Source: a virus | Taxonomy: Duplodnaviria; Caudoviricetes | Direction: 5' to 3' (one strand) | Length of the DNA: 26,266 nucleotides | Virus record (IMG/VR): IMGVR_UViG_3300032250_000532 | Location: 1 to 26,266 of that record | Shown: in pieces, positions 10,506 through 17,494 of the stretch | Layout: every line of letters starts with the position of its first letter | Numbering within the stretch: position 1 is the stretch's first letter | The notes under the pieces: generated by a model | The model's input: the letters and a program-made list of their open reading frames with translations, nothing else | The model's database searches: none | What the model was told of the DNA's origin: nothing | Translations under genes and position numbers: made by a program

Positions 10506-10853
10506 AAAAACATCGGCAATCGCCTGCTTGTGCGCGCCGGAAAGCTGCGCCCAGACGGCGTCCGGCACGCCCACCGCCACCTTGCGCGCGACCTTGTCGA
10601 CGAGCTGCTCGAGCTCGGCCTCGGCCTCCGCGCCTTCGGCTTCCGCCAGCTGCTGGATGCGCCGCCCCCACGCCCCGAGCCGGTGGCTGTCGAGGATCGA
10701 AAGCTCGTCGGGTGAAAGAATCTCGTGCCGCGCGCCGTCGATCGCGATCAGCGGGCGGACCGTCAGCGTCGAAAGATCGAGGAGCGGCTCGCTGAGAGCC
10801 GTCTCACGGCCGTCTTTCGCTGCGCTTTGGGGAGGATTTTCGGGCGTGTCCAT
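10299..10853 (-). CDS. Tail assembly chaperone (gpG-like)
   Basis: Lies between tail tube and tape measure; candidate slippery T-GTT-TTT-A at 10505-10512. Confidence 0.75.
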   Translation of the reverse strand: MDTPENPPQSAAKDGRETALSEPLLDLSTLTVRPLIAIDGARHEILSPDELSILDSHRLGAWGRRIQQLAEAEGAEAEAELEQLVDKVARKVAVGVPDAVWAQLSGAHKQAIADVFTGLLLRTRLGVAGAIAKAAGIELQNGTAAEIMAATSIGAKSSPGSSGSTAGSPNGGWKTRLARWFGRS

Positions 10854-10885
10854 GGCCGCGCTATGCCCGTGCGGCGGATGATCAC

Positions 10886-10907
10886 GCGCCCCGGAACACG
10901 ATCCGGG
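10886..10907 (-). promoter_or_regulatory. Dyad motif, putative Mor/C-activated late promoter, copy 1
   Basis: + strand gcgccccggaacacgatccggg, 33 nt from the chaperone ATG; recurs at 16500 and 23524. Confidence 0.7.
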
Positions 10908-10935
10908 CTACGCCCGCAGGTGACCGATGCAGGAA

Positions 10936-10997
10936 GAGCCGGAGCGCATCGCGGCGCCCCGGCTCCATATGACATTGCACCGTCCGGCGCAATGTCA
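10936..10997 (-). terminator. Two tandem 12-bp hairpins after the tail tube gene (terminator or mRNA stabiliser)
   Basis: Stems at 10970-10997 and 10936-10965, each fully paired with one G-U only on the minus strand; weak U-tract (TTCCT). Confidence 0.55.
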
Positions 10998-11005
10998 CCC
11001 CCTCC

Positions 11006-11611
11006 TCAGGTCGCCAGCGCGTGCTGGAAGCGCATCGAGCCAAAGCGGAACGCCGCGCTCGCCGCGTTCGGATCCTCGAGCGCGGTGAACTCGAGCTCGA
11101 CGCCTGCCGGCACGCCCTTGCGGTAGACGATCGCCGGGCTGTTCGACATGTAGCACCGCGGCACTTCCCACTGCGAGTTCATCGCATCGCCATAAGGCGA
11201 AGTGCCCACCCCGCGCGCCAGCAGCGCATATTCGGTCACATCCGGCCCGCGGCTGAGCCCGATGCGCTTGGTGCCCGCCACGCCCGTCGAGGCCGCCACG
11301 GTGGTCAGCGTGTTGGCATTGAGCGCGATCCGCACCGCCTCGAGCGTGGTGTCGAAGATCGAGACGCGGAACATCAGATCTTCCTCGCTGCGGAACGCCT
11401 TGACCGGCCCCAGCGAGCCGCCGGTGCGAACCTTGTTGACCGTCTGGCTGTGCGTGACGGTAACGCCCGCTTCATCCTGGCTGCGAATGCCGCTGGTGCC
11501 GATCAGCACCCACGTGCCCGAAGGCGCCGCATCGACGAGCGGGAAGGTGGTGGCAACGGGCGCCAGCCACAGGGTGAGCGGCTGCCCAACGATTTCCAAC
11601 GGTGCCGGCAT
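11006..11611 (-). CDS. Major tail tube protein
   Basis: 201 aa after the tail terminator; GGAGG RBS; tube-like WVLIGT...GVTVT and ELEFTAL segments. Confidence 0.8.
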   Translation of the reverse strand: MPAPLEIVGQPLTLWLAPVATTFPLVDAAPSGTWVLIGTSGIRSQDEAGVTVTHSQTVNKVRTGGSLGPVKAFRSEEDLMFRVSIFDTTLEAVRIALNANTLTTVAASTGVAGTKRIGLSRGPDVTEYALLARGVGTSPYGDAMNSQWEVPRCYMSNSPAIVYRKGVPAGVELEFTALEDPNAASAAFRFGSMRFQHALAT

Positions 11612-11623
11612 GAGAACCTCCTC

Positions 11624-12055
11624 TTAACTGACCTGAACAAGCGCGAAAAAGACCTGGAATGACCGCCACGCCCGCGGCCAGTCCGTTTCGGGATCTCGGC
11701 CCGATGTGTACCCTCCGGCAGAGTTGACCCAATGGATCAGCGTGCCGCCAATGATGCTGCGCCGTATCCGCCGCAATTTCAGCGCGATCAGATCGGCGAG
11801 CTGCGAGGCCTGGCGCTGCGTCCTGCCATAGGCATAGACGTCGAGCCGCTGCGCATCCGCCTCGACAAAGCTTCCGCCCGTCAGCGGCACACCGCCCGAG
11901 GCGCGGATCACGAAGGCCGGGCGCGGCATCGCTGCCGTCTCCTCGGCCGGCAGCTCGCCGCCGAAACCGCGCGTTGCCACGATCGCGGCCACGTCGGCAT
12001 CAGCGAGCAGCGCCGCAACCAGCGCGCCGATCGGATCGGCCGGCACATCAGCCAT
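11624..12055 (-). CDS. Tail terminator / tail completion protein (DUF3168-like)
   Basis: Start MADVPADPIG at 12055; RLDVYAYG motif; precedes the tube gene. Confidence 0.75.
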   Translation of the reverse strand: MADVPADPIGALVAALLADADVAAIVATRGFGGELPAEETAAMPRPAFVIRASGGVPLTGGSFVEADAQRLDVYAYGRTQRQASQLADLIALKLRRIRRSIIGGTLIHWVNSAGGYTSGRDPETDWPRAWRSFQVFFALVQVS

Positions 12056-12503
12056 CGGTCGCCCCTGCGCCAGGCGCACCGCCCTTCTCGAACGCGCGCC
12101 GGATGTTCGCCGCCAGCTGCGGATAGATCGCGTCCGCCGCCGGCCGCAGATAGGGCCGCGCCGGGATCGTCACTTTCTTGACGAGGCGCACCGAACCATC
12201 CGCCTGCGGGATCGCCAGCGCCTTGGCCTTCTTCGGCACGATCACGCCGCCCAGCTCGTGGATCAGCGCATAATTGAGTCCGACCGAGCCCCATTGGCCG
12301 ACGACGTATGTGCCTTTGAGTGCGGCATAGCTCGTGACGCGGATTGATCGCTCAAGGTCAGTGGATTGGTTCTGCCAAGTATGGTTGATTTTAGCATAGA
12401 CGACGCAATCACCCATCGTCTTGTTGACCCCGTCGATCATGGCCTTGCGCATGCGCTCGGTCACCGCCTTGCCTTCCCAGACGAGAGATTTGACAGCCAT
12501 CAT
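12048..12503 (-). CDS. Neck / virion morphogenesis protein (HK97 gp10 / Mu gpG-like)
   Basis: LERSI...YALIHELGG...IPARPYLRPA motifs. Confidence 0.8.
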   Translation of the reverse strand: MMAVKSLVWEGKAVTERMRKAMIDGVNKTMGDCVVYAKINHTWQNQSTDLERSIRVTSYAALKGTYVVGQWGSVGLNYALIHELGGVIVPKKAKALAIPQADGSVRLVKKVTIPARPYLRPAADAIYPQLAANIRRAFEKGGAPGAGATDG

Positions 12504-12847
12504 CCGATCCTCCGCAGATCGGCCTCGAGGTGCGTATGCTTGCGCTGCACCGGGGCTTCCACGCGCAACCGGCCGGGCAGCAGCACCGTGCCGCGCCGGT
12601 CGGTCACCGCGGCGATCTCGTCACCCGGCTGCACATCGGCATCGAGTGCGAACATCGCCCGCAGGTTCTCGATCTCGGCCGTCTTGCTCCCGTCCTGCAC
12701 CTGGCGCGCGCTCTTCGACCACACGAAGCACGCCACCGGATCGCCGATCGAGGCGAACACCGGCTCGACCGGATTGCCCCAGGCATCCTTGGCCGTGGCG
12801 GTGTTGCGCTCGATCGCCGCGCGCATGGTGAGGCGGCCGGCGATCAC
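12500..12847 (-). CDS. Head closure (stopper) protein
   Basis: 115 aa; KDAWGNP and DVQPGDEI motifs; synteny. Confidence 0.75.
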   Translation of the reverse strand: MIAGRLTMRAAIERNTATAKDAWGNPVEPVFASIGDPVACFVWSKSARQVQDGSKTAEIENLRAMFALDADVQPGDEIAAVTDRRGTVLLPGRLRVEAPVQRKHTHLEADLRRIG

Positions 12848-13155
12848 GCGCCGTCGTCCCCGTCGCTGTCGGCAACCGTGTTTGGTGCCTGCACATAGGA
12901 GATGCTCACGCCGCCACTCAAACCGCCGAGAACATCATCGCCGGAGAACCAGACCGACCCGTGCATTTGCAGGAGAAGCTCGGCGCCCTCGTTGGGCTCA
13001 CTAGCCAGCGCCAGATAGCGCTCAGCCGTTTCGAGGATCAGCGCGGCATCAAAAGCATGCGCCGGCTGCGCAGCGACAACCTCTTCCATCTTGGCCTTCG
13101 CAAGCGGAAGACAGGCGGCAATGCTGACGGCGCGAATTGCAAATGAAAACGACAT
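12844..13155 (-). CDS. Hypothetical protein (103 aa), accessory insert
   Basis: ATG 13155 with AGGAG RBS; ATGA overlap with the stopper gene; visibly more AT-rich than its neighbours. Confidence 0.7.
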   Translation of the reverse strand: MSFSFAIRAVSIAACLPLAKAKMEEVVAAQPAHAFDAALILETAERYLALASEPNEGAELLLQMHGSVWFSGDDVLGGLSGGVSISYVQAPNTVADSDGDDGA

Positions 13156-13178
13156 GAGGCTTCTCCTTTTTCGGTTGA

Positions 13179-13415
13179 TCAATCGCGCCAGGTGAGGGCT
13201 TTGACTGCCCACATCTGCGCGCCCTGCAGCTCGGTGATCGCGATCGAGGCGAGCCGCTTGGCCTCCGGCGTGGTGGCCGGCATGTTGCGGAAGTCGTTCA
13301 TCTGGTCGATTGCCTCGGCGAACTTCGCCTTGCACTGGCCGACTGCATCGTCGCCACTCGGATTGAACAGGAGGCCGACGGCGCGCTGGCCGAAGGTGAG
13401 CCGGGCATCAGACAT
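13179..13415 (-). CDS. Acb2/Tad1-like helical-hairpin protein (candidate anti-CBASS/anti-Thoeris nucleotide sponge)
   Basis: 78 aa with GAGGAG RBS. FNPSG followed by two helices ending RLASIAITELQGAQMWAVKA, resembling the R/A-x-T-x-[IL]-[QE]-x-[AG]-x-M-W/A C-terminal helix of Acb2/Tad1 (recognised by eye). Confidence 0.6.
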   Translation of the reverse strand: MSDARLTFGQRAVGLLFNPSGDDAVGQCKAKFAEAIDQMNDFRNMPATTPEAKRLASIAITELQGAQMWAVKALTWRD

Positions 13416-13427
13416 CGATCTTCTCCT

Positions 13428-13994
13428 CTAGGCCATCAGCATCCCGCGCGGCTGCGCCAGGCTGTCGATGATGCGGTTGCGCTCGTCGGCGAAGTTGTCC
13501 GCGAGCTGGAATTCATAGTCGCCGGCCTTCTCGCGCTTCAGCCCGCCGCGGAACGAAAGATCGAGCTGGATGAGCTTGATCACCACCTCGTCGCGCGCGG
13601 CTGCCTCGCCGATCGGCGTGTAGGTAATCTGCACGAGCGGCGCCCAGAGCCGGGCGCTGTTCGGCCCGCCGGTCAGCCGCTGCAGCGTCCGCCCGCCATG
13701 CAGCACGCGGTAATCGCTGCTGGTCAGCGTGGTGCGGGCAAGCGCCTGGCCGCTGTCGCCGGGCTCGTCCTCATGGATGGTGACGGGCTGGTTCACGTCG
13801 AGCGGCCGCGCCAGGCGCAGCGTGGTCTGCGAGCGGGTGGTCGGTTCGTCCAGATCGCCGAGCTCGACGGTGATAGGCCCTGCCGTCCCGAGGCGCGTGC
13901 TGATCTCGGCCGTGATCCCGTCGATCATGGCCTGAAGCTCAGTGTCGGAGAGATCGCTCCCCGTCCGTTCGCGCACCCGGTCGAGCAGGGCCAT
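13428..13994 (-). CDS. Head-tail adaptor (connector) protein
   Basis: LSDTELQAMID N-terminus and REKAGDYEF C-terminal motif; synteny. Confidence 0.75.
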   Translation of the reverse strand: MALLDRVRERTGSDLSDTELQAMIDGITAEISTRLGTAGPITVELGDLDEPTTRSQTTLRLARPLDVNQPVTIHEDEPGDSGQALARTTLTSSDYRVLHGGRTLQRLTGGPNSARLWAPLVQITYTPIGEAAARDEVVIKLIQLDLSFRGGLKREKAGDYEFQLADNFADERNRIIDSLAQPRGMLMA

Positions 13995-13997
13995 GGC

Positions 13998-14387
13998 TCA
14001 CCCCTCCGCCTTCTGGCGAGGCTTGCGGACCGGCTTGGCCGTGGCAGCGGCATCGGCTTCGGCCTTGGGAGCCGCTTCAGCTTCGGCCTTGGCAGCCGCT
14101 TCAGCTTCGGCCTTGGCAGCTTCTTCCGCCCTGGCCTCGCGCTCCTCCTGCTCGGCTGCTGCGAGCTTCGCCGCGGCATCCTCCTGGGCCACACGCTCAA
14201 GCTCCGCTGCCCACTCGTCCGGCGCGCCGGGCAACAGGCCATCGACCAAGCCAAAGCGCTCGGCCGCGTCGTCGGGGATCTCGTCGCCGATCGCGGCGTA
14301 GAGGAAGGCGGCGTCCTCATGGCCTTCGGGCACGAGCGCGGCTTTGTCGGCCGTCAGGCAGAGGCGCATCCGGGCAATCATCGTCAT
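13998..14387 (-). CDS. Hypothetical head-associated protein with A/E/K-rich tail
   Basis: GAGGAGG RBS; small N-terminal domain followed by AKAEAEAA repeats and a basic end. Confidence 0.7.
   Translation of the reverse strand: MTMIARMRLCLTADKAALVPEGHEDAAFLYAAIGDEIPDDAAERFGLVDGLLPGAPDEWAAELERVAQEDAAAKLAAAEQEEREARAEEAAKAEAEAAAKAEAEAAPKAEADAAATAKPVRKPRQKAEG
14056..14120. repeat. 24-bp tandem repeat, about 2.7 copies (encodes AKAEAEAA)
   Basis: gcttcggccttgg(g/c)agccgcttca starting at 14056, 14080 and 14104 (partial). Confidence 0.9.
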
Positions 14388-14397
14388 GGCCGCCTCC

Positions 14398-14946
14398 TCA
14401 GTTCGTTTCGTAGTAGTCGACGATCACCGGAGTGCCGCCCAGCGCCGAGTTCAGCTGCACCGTGTCATTCTCGAGCGCGGTGGCAGAGAACAACACGGTC
14501 GGCGCGGTGGTCTCGCGCACGCCGTTGAGGAACGCCGCGATCACGCTGTTGCGGCTGATCGGGGTCGGCAGGCCGAGCCGGGCGCCGGTGCCGACGCGGA
14601 TGCGCTCGGTGTTGGCCGAAGCCCACGCCGGCAGCGTGATCGAGGTCACCGTCTTGAACGCCTTCGCGCCGACAACGGTGCTGGTCCCCGAAGCAACGAT
14701 CGTCTCGGTGATCGTCTCGCCGCCGATATTGGTGCCCACGATCACGACGTTGCCGGTGACCGCCGCAGCATTGCCCGTGACGGTCAGATTGCGCGGCACA
14801 TCGGGATTGGTGATCCCGGTGGTAACCAGCGTCGTGGCGCCGCTCGCCATCGCAGTATCGGCAAGCACGGCATTGGTTGTGCCCAGGGCGGGCGATCCCA
14901 GCTGCGCGGTAAAGATGCGCGATGCTGTTCCGGTTGACTTGGGCAT
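14398..14946 (-). CDS. Putative capsid decoration / minor head protein
   Basis: 182 aa, T/G/V-rich and beta-like (PDVPRNLTVTG, GAKAFKTVTSI), directly after the capsid gene. Confidence 0.6.
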   Translation of the reverse strand: MPKSTGTASRIFTAQLGSPALGTTNAVLADTAMASGATTLVTTGITNPDVPRNLTVTGNAAAVTGNVVIVGTNIGGETITETIVASGTSTVVGAKAFKTVTSITLPAWASANTERIRVGTGARLGLPTPISRNSVIAAFLNGVRETTAPTVLFSATALENDTVQLNSALGGTPVIVDYYETN

Positions 14947-14986
14947 GGCCTTGCCTCTCTCAGGTTGCGAAGATCGGTGTCAGGGT

Positions 14987-15109
14987 GCCCGCACTGTTCG
15001 GCGGCGGGCTGACCGGCTCTGGCACCTGGCGATCGCTCGCCTCGTGCCTCCCGGCCTTGTTGATGCGCTCCCCGGAGCCGCCCCGAACGGCAGCCATCCG
15101 GATCAGCGC
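14987..15109 (-). other. Three-hairpin structured RNA element downstream of the major capsid gene
   Basis: Stems at 15065-15109, 15011-15056 (GCGA GNRA tetraloop) and 14987-15009; G-U pairs favour the minus strand. Confidence 0.55.
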
Positions 15110-15113
15110 TGTA

Positions 15114-16424
15114 TCAGAGCCCGGTGACCTGGCAGAACGCAGCCGGGCGGAACCAGGCGAGCGCGGCCCGCATGTCCGCACGCACCGTGCGCTTGCCCTT
15201 GCCGAAGTCGTCGTTGACGTAGCCGACCGCGACATCGACGCCCTTGTTCTCGAAGAGCGCGACGTTGGAGACGTCGAACGAGCCGGTGTAGCCGGTGCCT
15301 GCGGTGCCCGCGTCAACCTGCACAACCGGAAGACCCCACAGGCGCTCCGGACCGGTTTCGGCCGGCGAGCCCCAGATGTAGATGCCATCGGCGGTGCGCT
15401 GAAGGCGAATGCCCTGCCAGTCGGTCGGATGGATCAGGTGATGGGTCGGCAGCGAGCGGCCGCTCACGCGCACCTTGACCATCGCCTTGTAGAACGCATC
15501 CGGCGCCACATCCGCACCCTTGGCCTGCGTCTGGATACCGGAAACGTTGGCAAGGCCGCGCAGGTTCGGCGCCGAACCGTCACCCAGCAGGCACTGGCGA
15601 TCAAGCCGCTGGCGCACGCCGAAGATCAGGCGGCTCGAGATGTAGCCGCTCATCATCGGCACGTCCTGGAGCTGCTCGTCGGTCACCGGCAGGCTATCGG
15701 TGATCTTGCGCACCGGCGTATTGCGCTCGGTGAACACGAAGGTGCTTTCCGCGTAGGCGCCGGCTTCGGCGGTTTCCGCCGCGGCATGGGTGCGGGTGGT
15801 CTCTTCCATGAAGACGATCGCCGATTCCGTGGTCGGGAACATCGGCAGGATGTCGAGAAGCTGCACCGGGCGGGTCACCGCCTCGACAATGCCGGGAAGG
15901 CGGATCGCCTGCGGCGCAAAGCCGGAGCCGGTGCTCATCACCGCCTTGGCCGCCATCGTGTCGCCCAGCGCGGCCTTGGCGCAGAGTTCGGAGAAGAGCA
16001 CGTCGTCGAAGTTGAGGTCGACCGTGCCCTTGCCGTTCCAGTCGGCCAACGCCTTGCTCTCGGAGATCAGATCGCCAAGGCCCTTGATCTGGAACTGGCC
16101 GCGGTTCTCCGGCTGACCGCCGCCAAGGCCCGGAAGCTGGAAGCCGCCGCGCGCCTTGCTGCGCGCCGTGTGCTGCATCGCCGCCTTCTCGGCCTCGGCC
16201 AGCGTGTCGGCATGCTCGCCCAGCGCGTTCAGCTCGTCGTTCATGGCCTTGACCTTCTCGGCCACAGCGACCGAGCCAACCACGTCCGCGCCCAGGCACT
16301 TCACCTTGTTGAAGTCATACCCGTCGGCGGTCTTGGCTTCCTCGAAGACCTTGCCCAGCTCGTCCTGCCTGGCGGTCATCTTCTCGCGGGTCTGCTTCAA
16401 CGTCAGATTTTTGATATCGCTCAT
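15114..16424 (-). CDS. Major capsid protein, HK97 family, with N-terminal delta (scaffold) domain
   Basis: Start MSDIKNL at 16424 (GGAG RBS). Coiled-coil N-terminus; VTDEQLQD, LLGDGS...LRGL, HPTDW, LWGLPVV and RPAAF motifs. Confidence 0.92.
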   Translation of the reverse strand: MSDIKNLTLKQTREKMTARQDELGKVFEEAKTADGYDFNKVKCLGADVVGSVAVAEKVKAMNDELNALGEHADTLAEAEKAAMQHTARSKARGGFQLPGLGGGQPENRGQFQIKGLGDLISESKALADWNGKGTVDLNFDDVLFSELCAKAALGDTMAAKAVMSTGSGFAPQAIRLPGIVEAVTRPVQLLDILPMFPTTESAIVFMEETTRTHAAAETAEAGAYAESTFVFTERNTPVRKITDSLPVTDEQLQDVPMMSGYISSRLIFGVRQRLDRQCLLGDGSAPNLRGLANVSGIQTQAKGADVAPDAFYKAMVKVRVSGRSLPTHHLIHPTDWQGIRLQRTADGIYIWGSPAETGPERLWGLPVVQVDAGTAGTGYTGSFDVSNVALFENKGVDVAVGYVNDDFGKGKRTVRADMRAALAWFRPAAFCQVTGL

Positions 16425-16499
16425 GTCAATGCTCCCTGGCCAGCGGACCTGCGGCCTTGAAAACGGTAGGGTGCATATGGCGGGAGCTATGGCGGCCAG

Positions 16500-16521
16500 G
16501 CGCCCCGGAACAGGGTCCGTG
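16500..16521 (-). promoter_or_regulatory. Dyad motif, putative late promoter, copy 2 (capsid)
   Basis: + strand gcgccccggaacagggtccgtg; CATA element at the same offset as in copy 1. Confidence 0.65.
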
Positions 16522-16618
16522 GGGCATGTTGAAGCTGCGGGGGATGGCCAGGGCATCACACTGTGCCGGCAGGGCCAATCTGTACCCCATCGCCGCGCCC
16601 GATAGCAACACAAGAGGC

Positions 16619-16650
16619 GAACCCGCCGGATCGCAGATCGCGGCGGGCTC
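16619..16650 (-). terminator. Hairpin / possible terminator after the prohead protease gene
   Basis: GAGCCCGCCG...CGGCGGGTTC stem (G-U on the minus strand) followed by GCCTCTTGTGTT. Confidence 0.45.
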
Positions 16651-16762
16651 TGAAACGCCCCTCAGGGCGGTTTAAGAAGCCTAAGAAGCCCCTCGGCAGG
16701 AAATTCCGGGGGTCAGCGCCTTTGCGCGGTCAGCGCGCGCTGTGGCGTAAATCGTGATGGAG

Positions 16763-17479
16763 TCAGCCCCGGCGGTTCAGATGGCGGCGCGTGATGGTCT
16801 GCAGGAAGCCATAGACCGCCGCGTCGGTGGCGGCTTTCTCCGCGTGCGGATCATCGTTCGCGGGCGTCGCCAGCGCCTTGCCCAGCGCGCCATGGATCTG
16901 CTCGAGCTGCTTGCGCCCCGTCTCCGAAAGCACCGCCGGATCTTCCGCCACCGCGTCCGCCAGCTCCGCCAACGAACCGATCAGCGGCGCAAAGGCGGCT
17001 TCCTTCAGCTCGGCGGACTTGAGGCCCAGCGTGCCGGTGCGCTCACCCGCGCCGCGCAGCACCGGCGAGATCTCGAACACGTCGAGCTTCTGCAGCTCGC
17101 GCGCCTGCTTGCCCTCGCGCATCACGCGCCCCGCCTGCAGCGTGCGGAAGCCGTAGGACCATTCCTGCACCGGCGTCCCGTTCTTGAGATCGAACAGCAG
17201 CGCTGCGTGCCAGTCCTTGCCCGCCTGCGTATCGAGGTTGAGCGTGAAGTCCGCCACCGCGAAATCGCCTTCCTCGGTCAGCCATGCCTTGCCGAACGGC
17301 ATCGCCTGCTTGTTGTGCGCCGGGATCATCATCACCCACTGGCCGCCGCCGTCCTTCCAGGTGAAGGCGCCCTTGGCATAGGTGTCGCCATCCTTGTCGA
17401 CTGCCGAAAGCTGGGCGATGCGCGCGCGGCCCTTGCCGGCCTCGTCCATCTTCTCGATCGTGACGCTCTTGATCTGCAT
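16763..17479 (-). CDS. Prohead protease, HK97 family
   Basis: DKDGD...KGAF, His in PAHN, WSYGF catalytic Ser, EISPVLRGA; AGGAG RBS. Confidence 0.9.
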   Translation of the reverse strand: MQIKSVTIEKMDEAGKGRARIAQLSAVDKDGDTYAKGAFTWKDGGGQWVMMIPAHNKQAMPFGKAWLTEEGDFAVADFTLNLDTQAGKDWHAALLFDLKNGTPVQEWSYGFRTLQAGRVMREGKQARELQKLDVFEISPVLRGAGERTGTLGLKSAELKEAAFAPLIGSLAELADAVAEDPAVLSETGRKQLEQIHGALGKALATPANDDPHAEKAATDAAVYGFLQTITRRHLNRRG

Positions 17480-17494
17480 GGCTTGCTCCTGTGG

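Noticed and set aside
14960-15097. Small ORF MAAVRGGSGER... after the capsid gene
   Set aside because: No RBS, start buried in a hairpin, low-complexity product; RNA structure explains the region better.
16425-16613. N-terminal extension of the capsid ORF
   Set aside because: Spans the promoter motif; the RBS supports ATG 16424.
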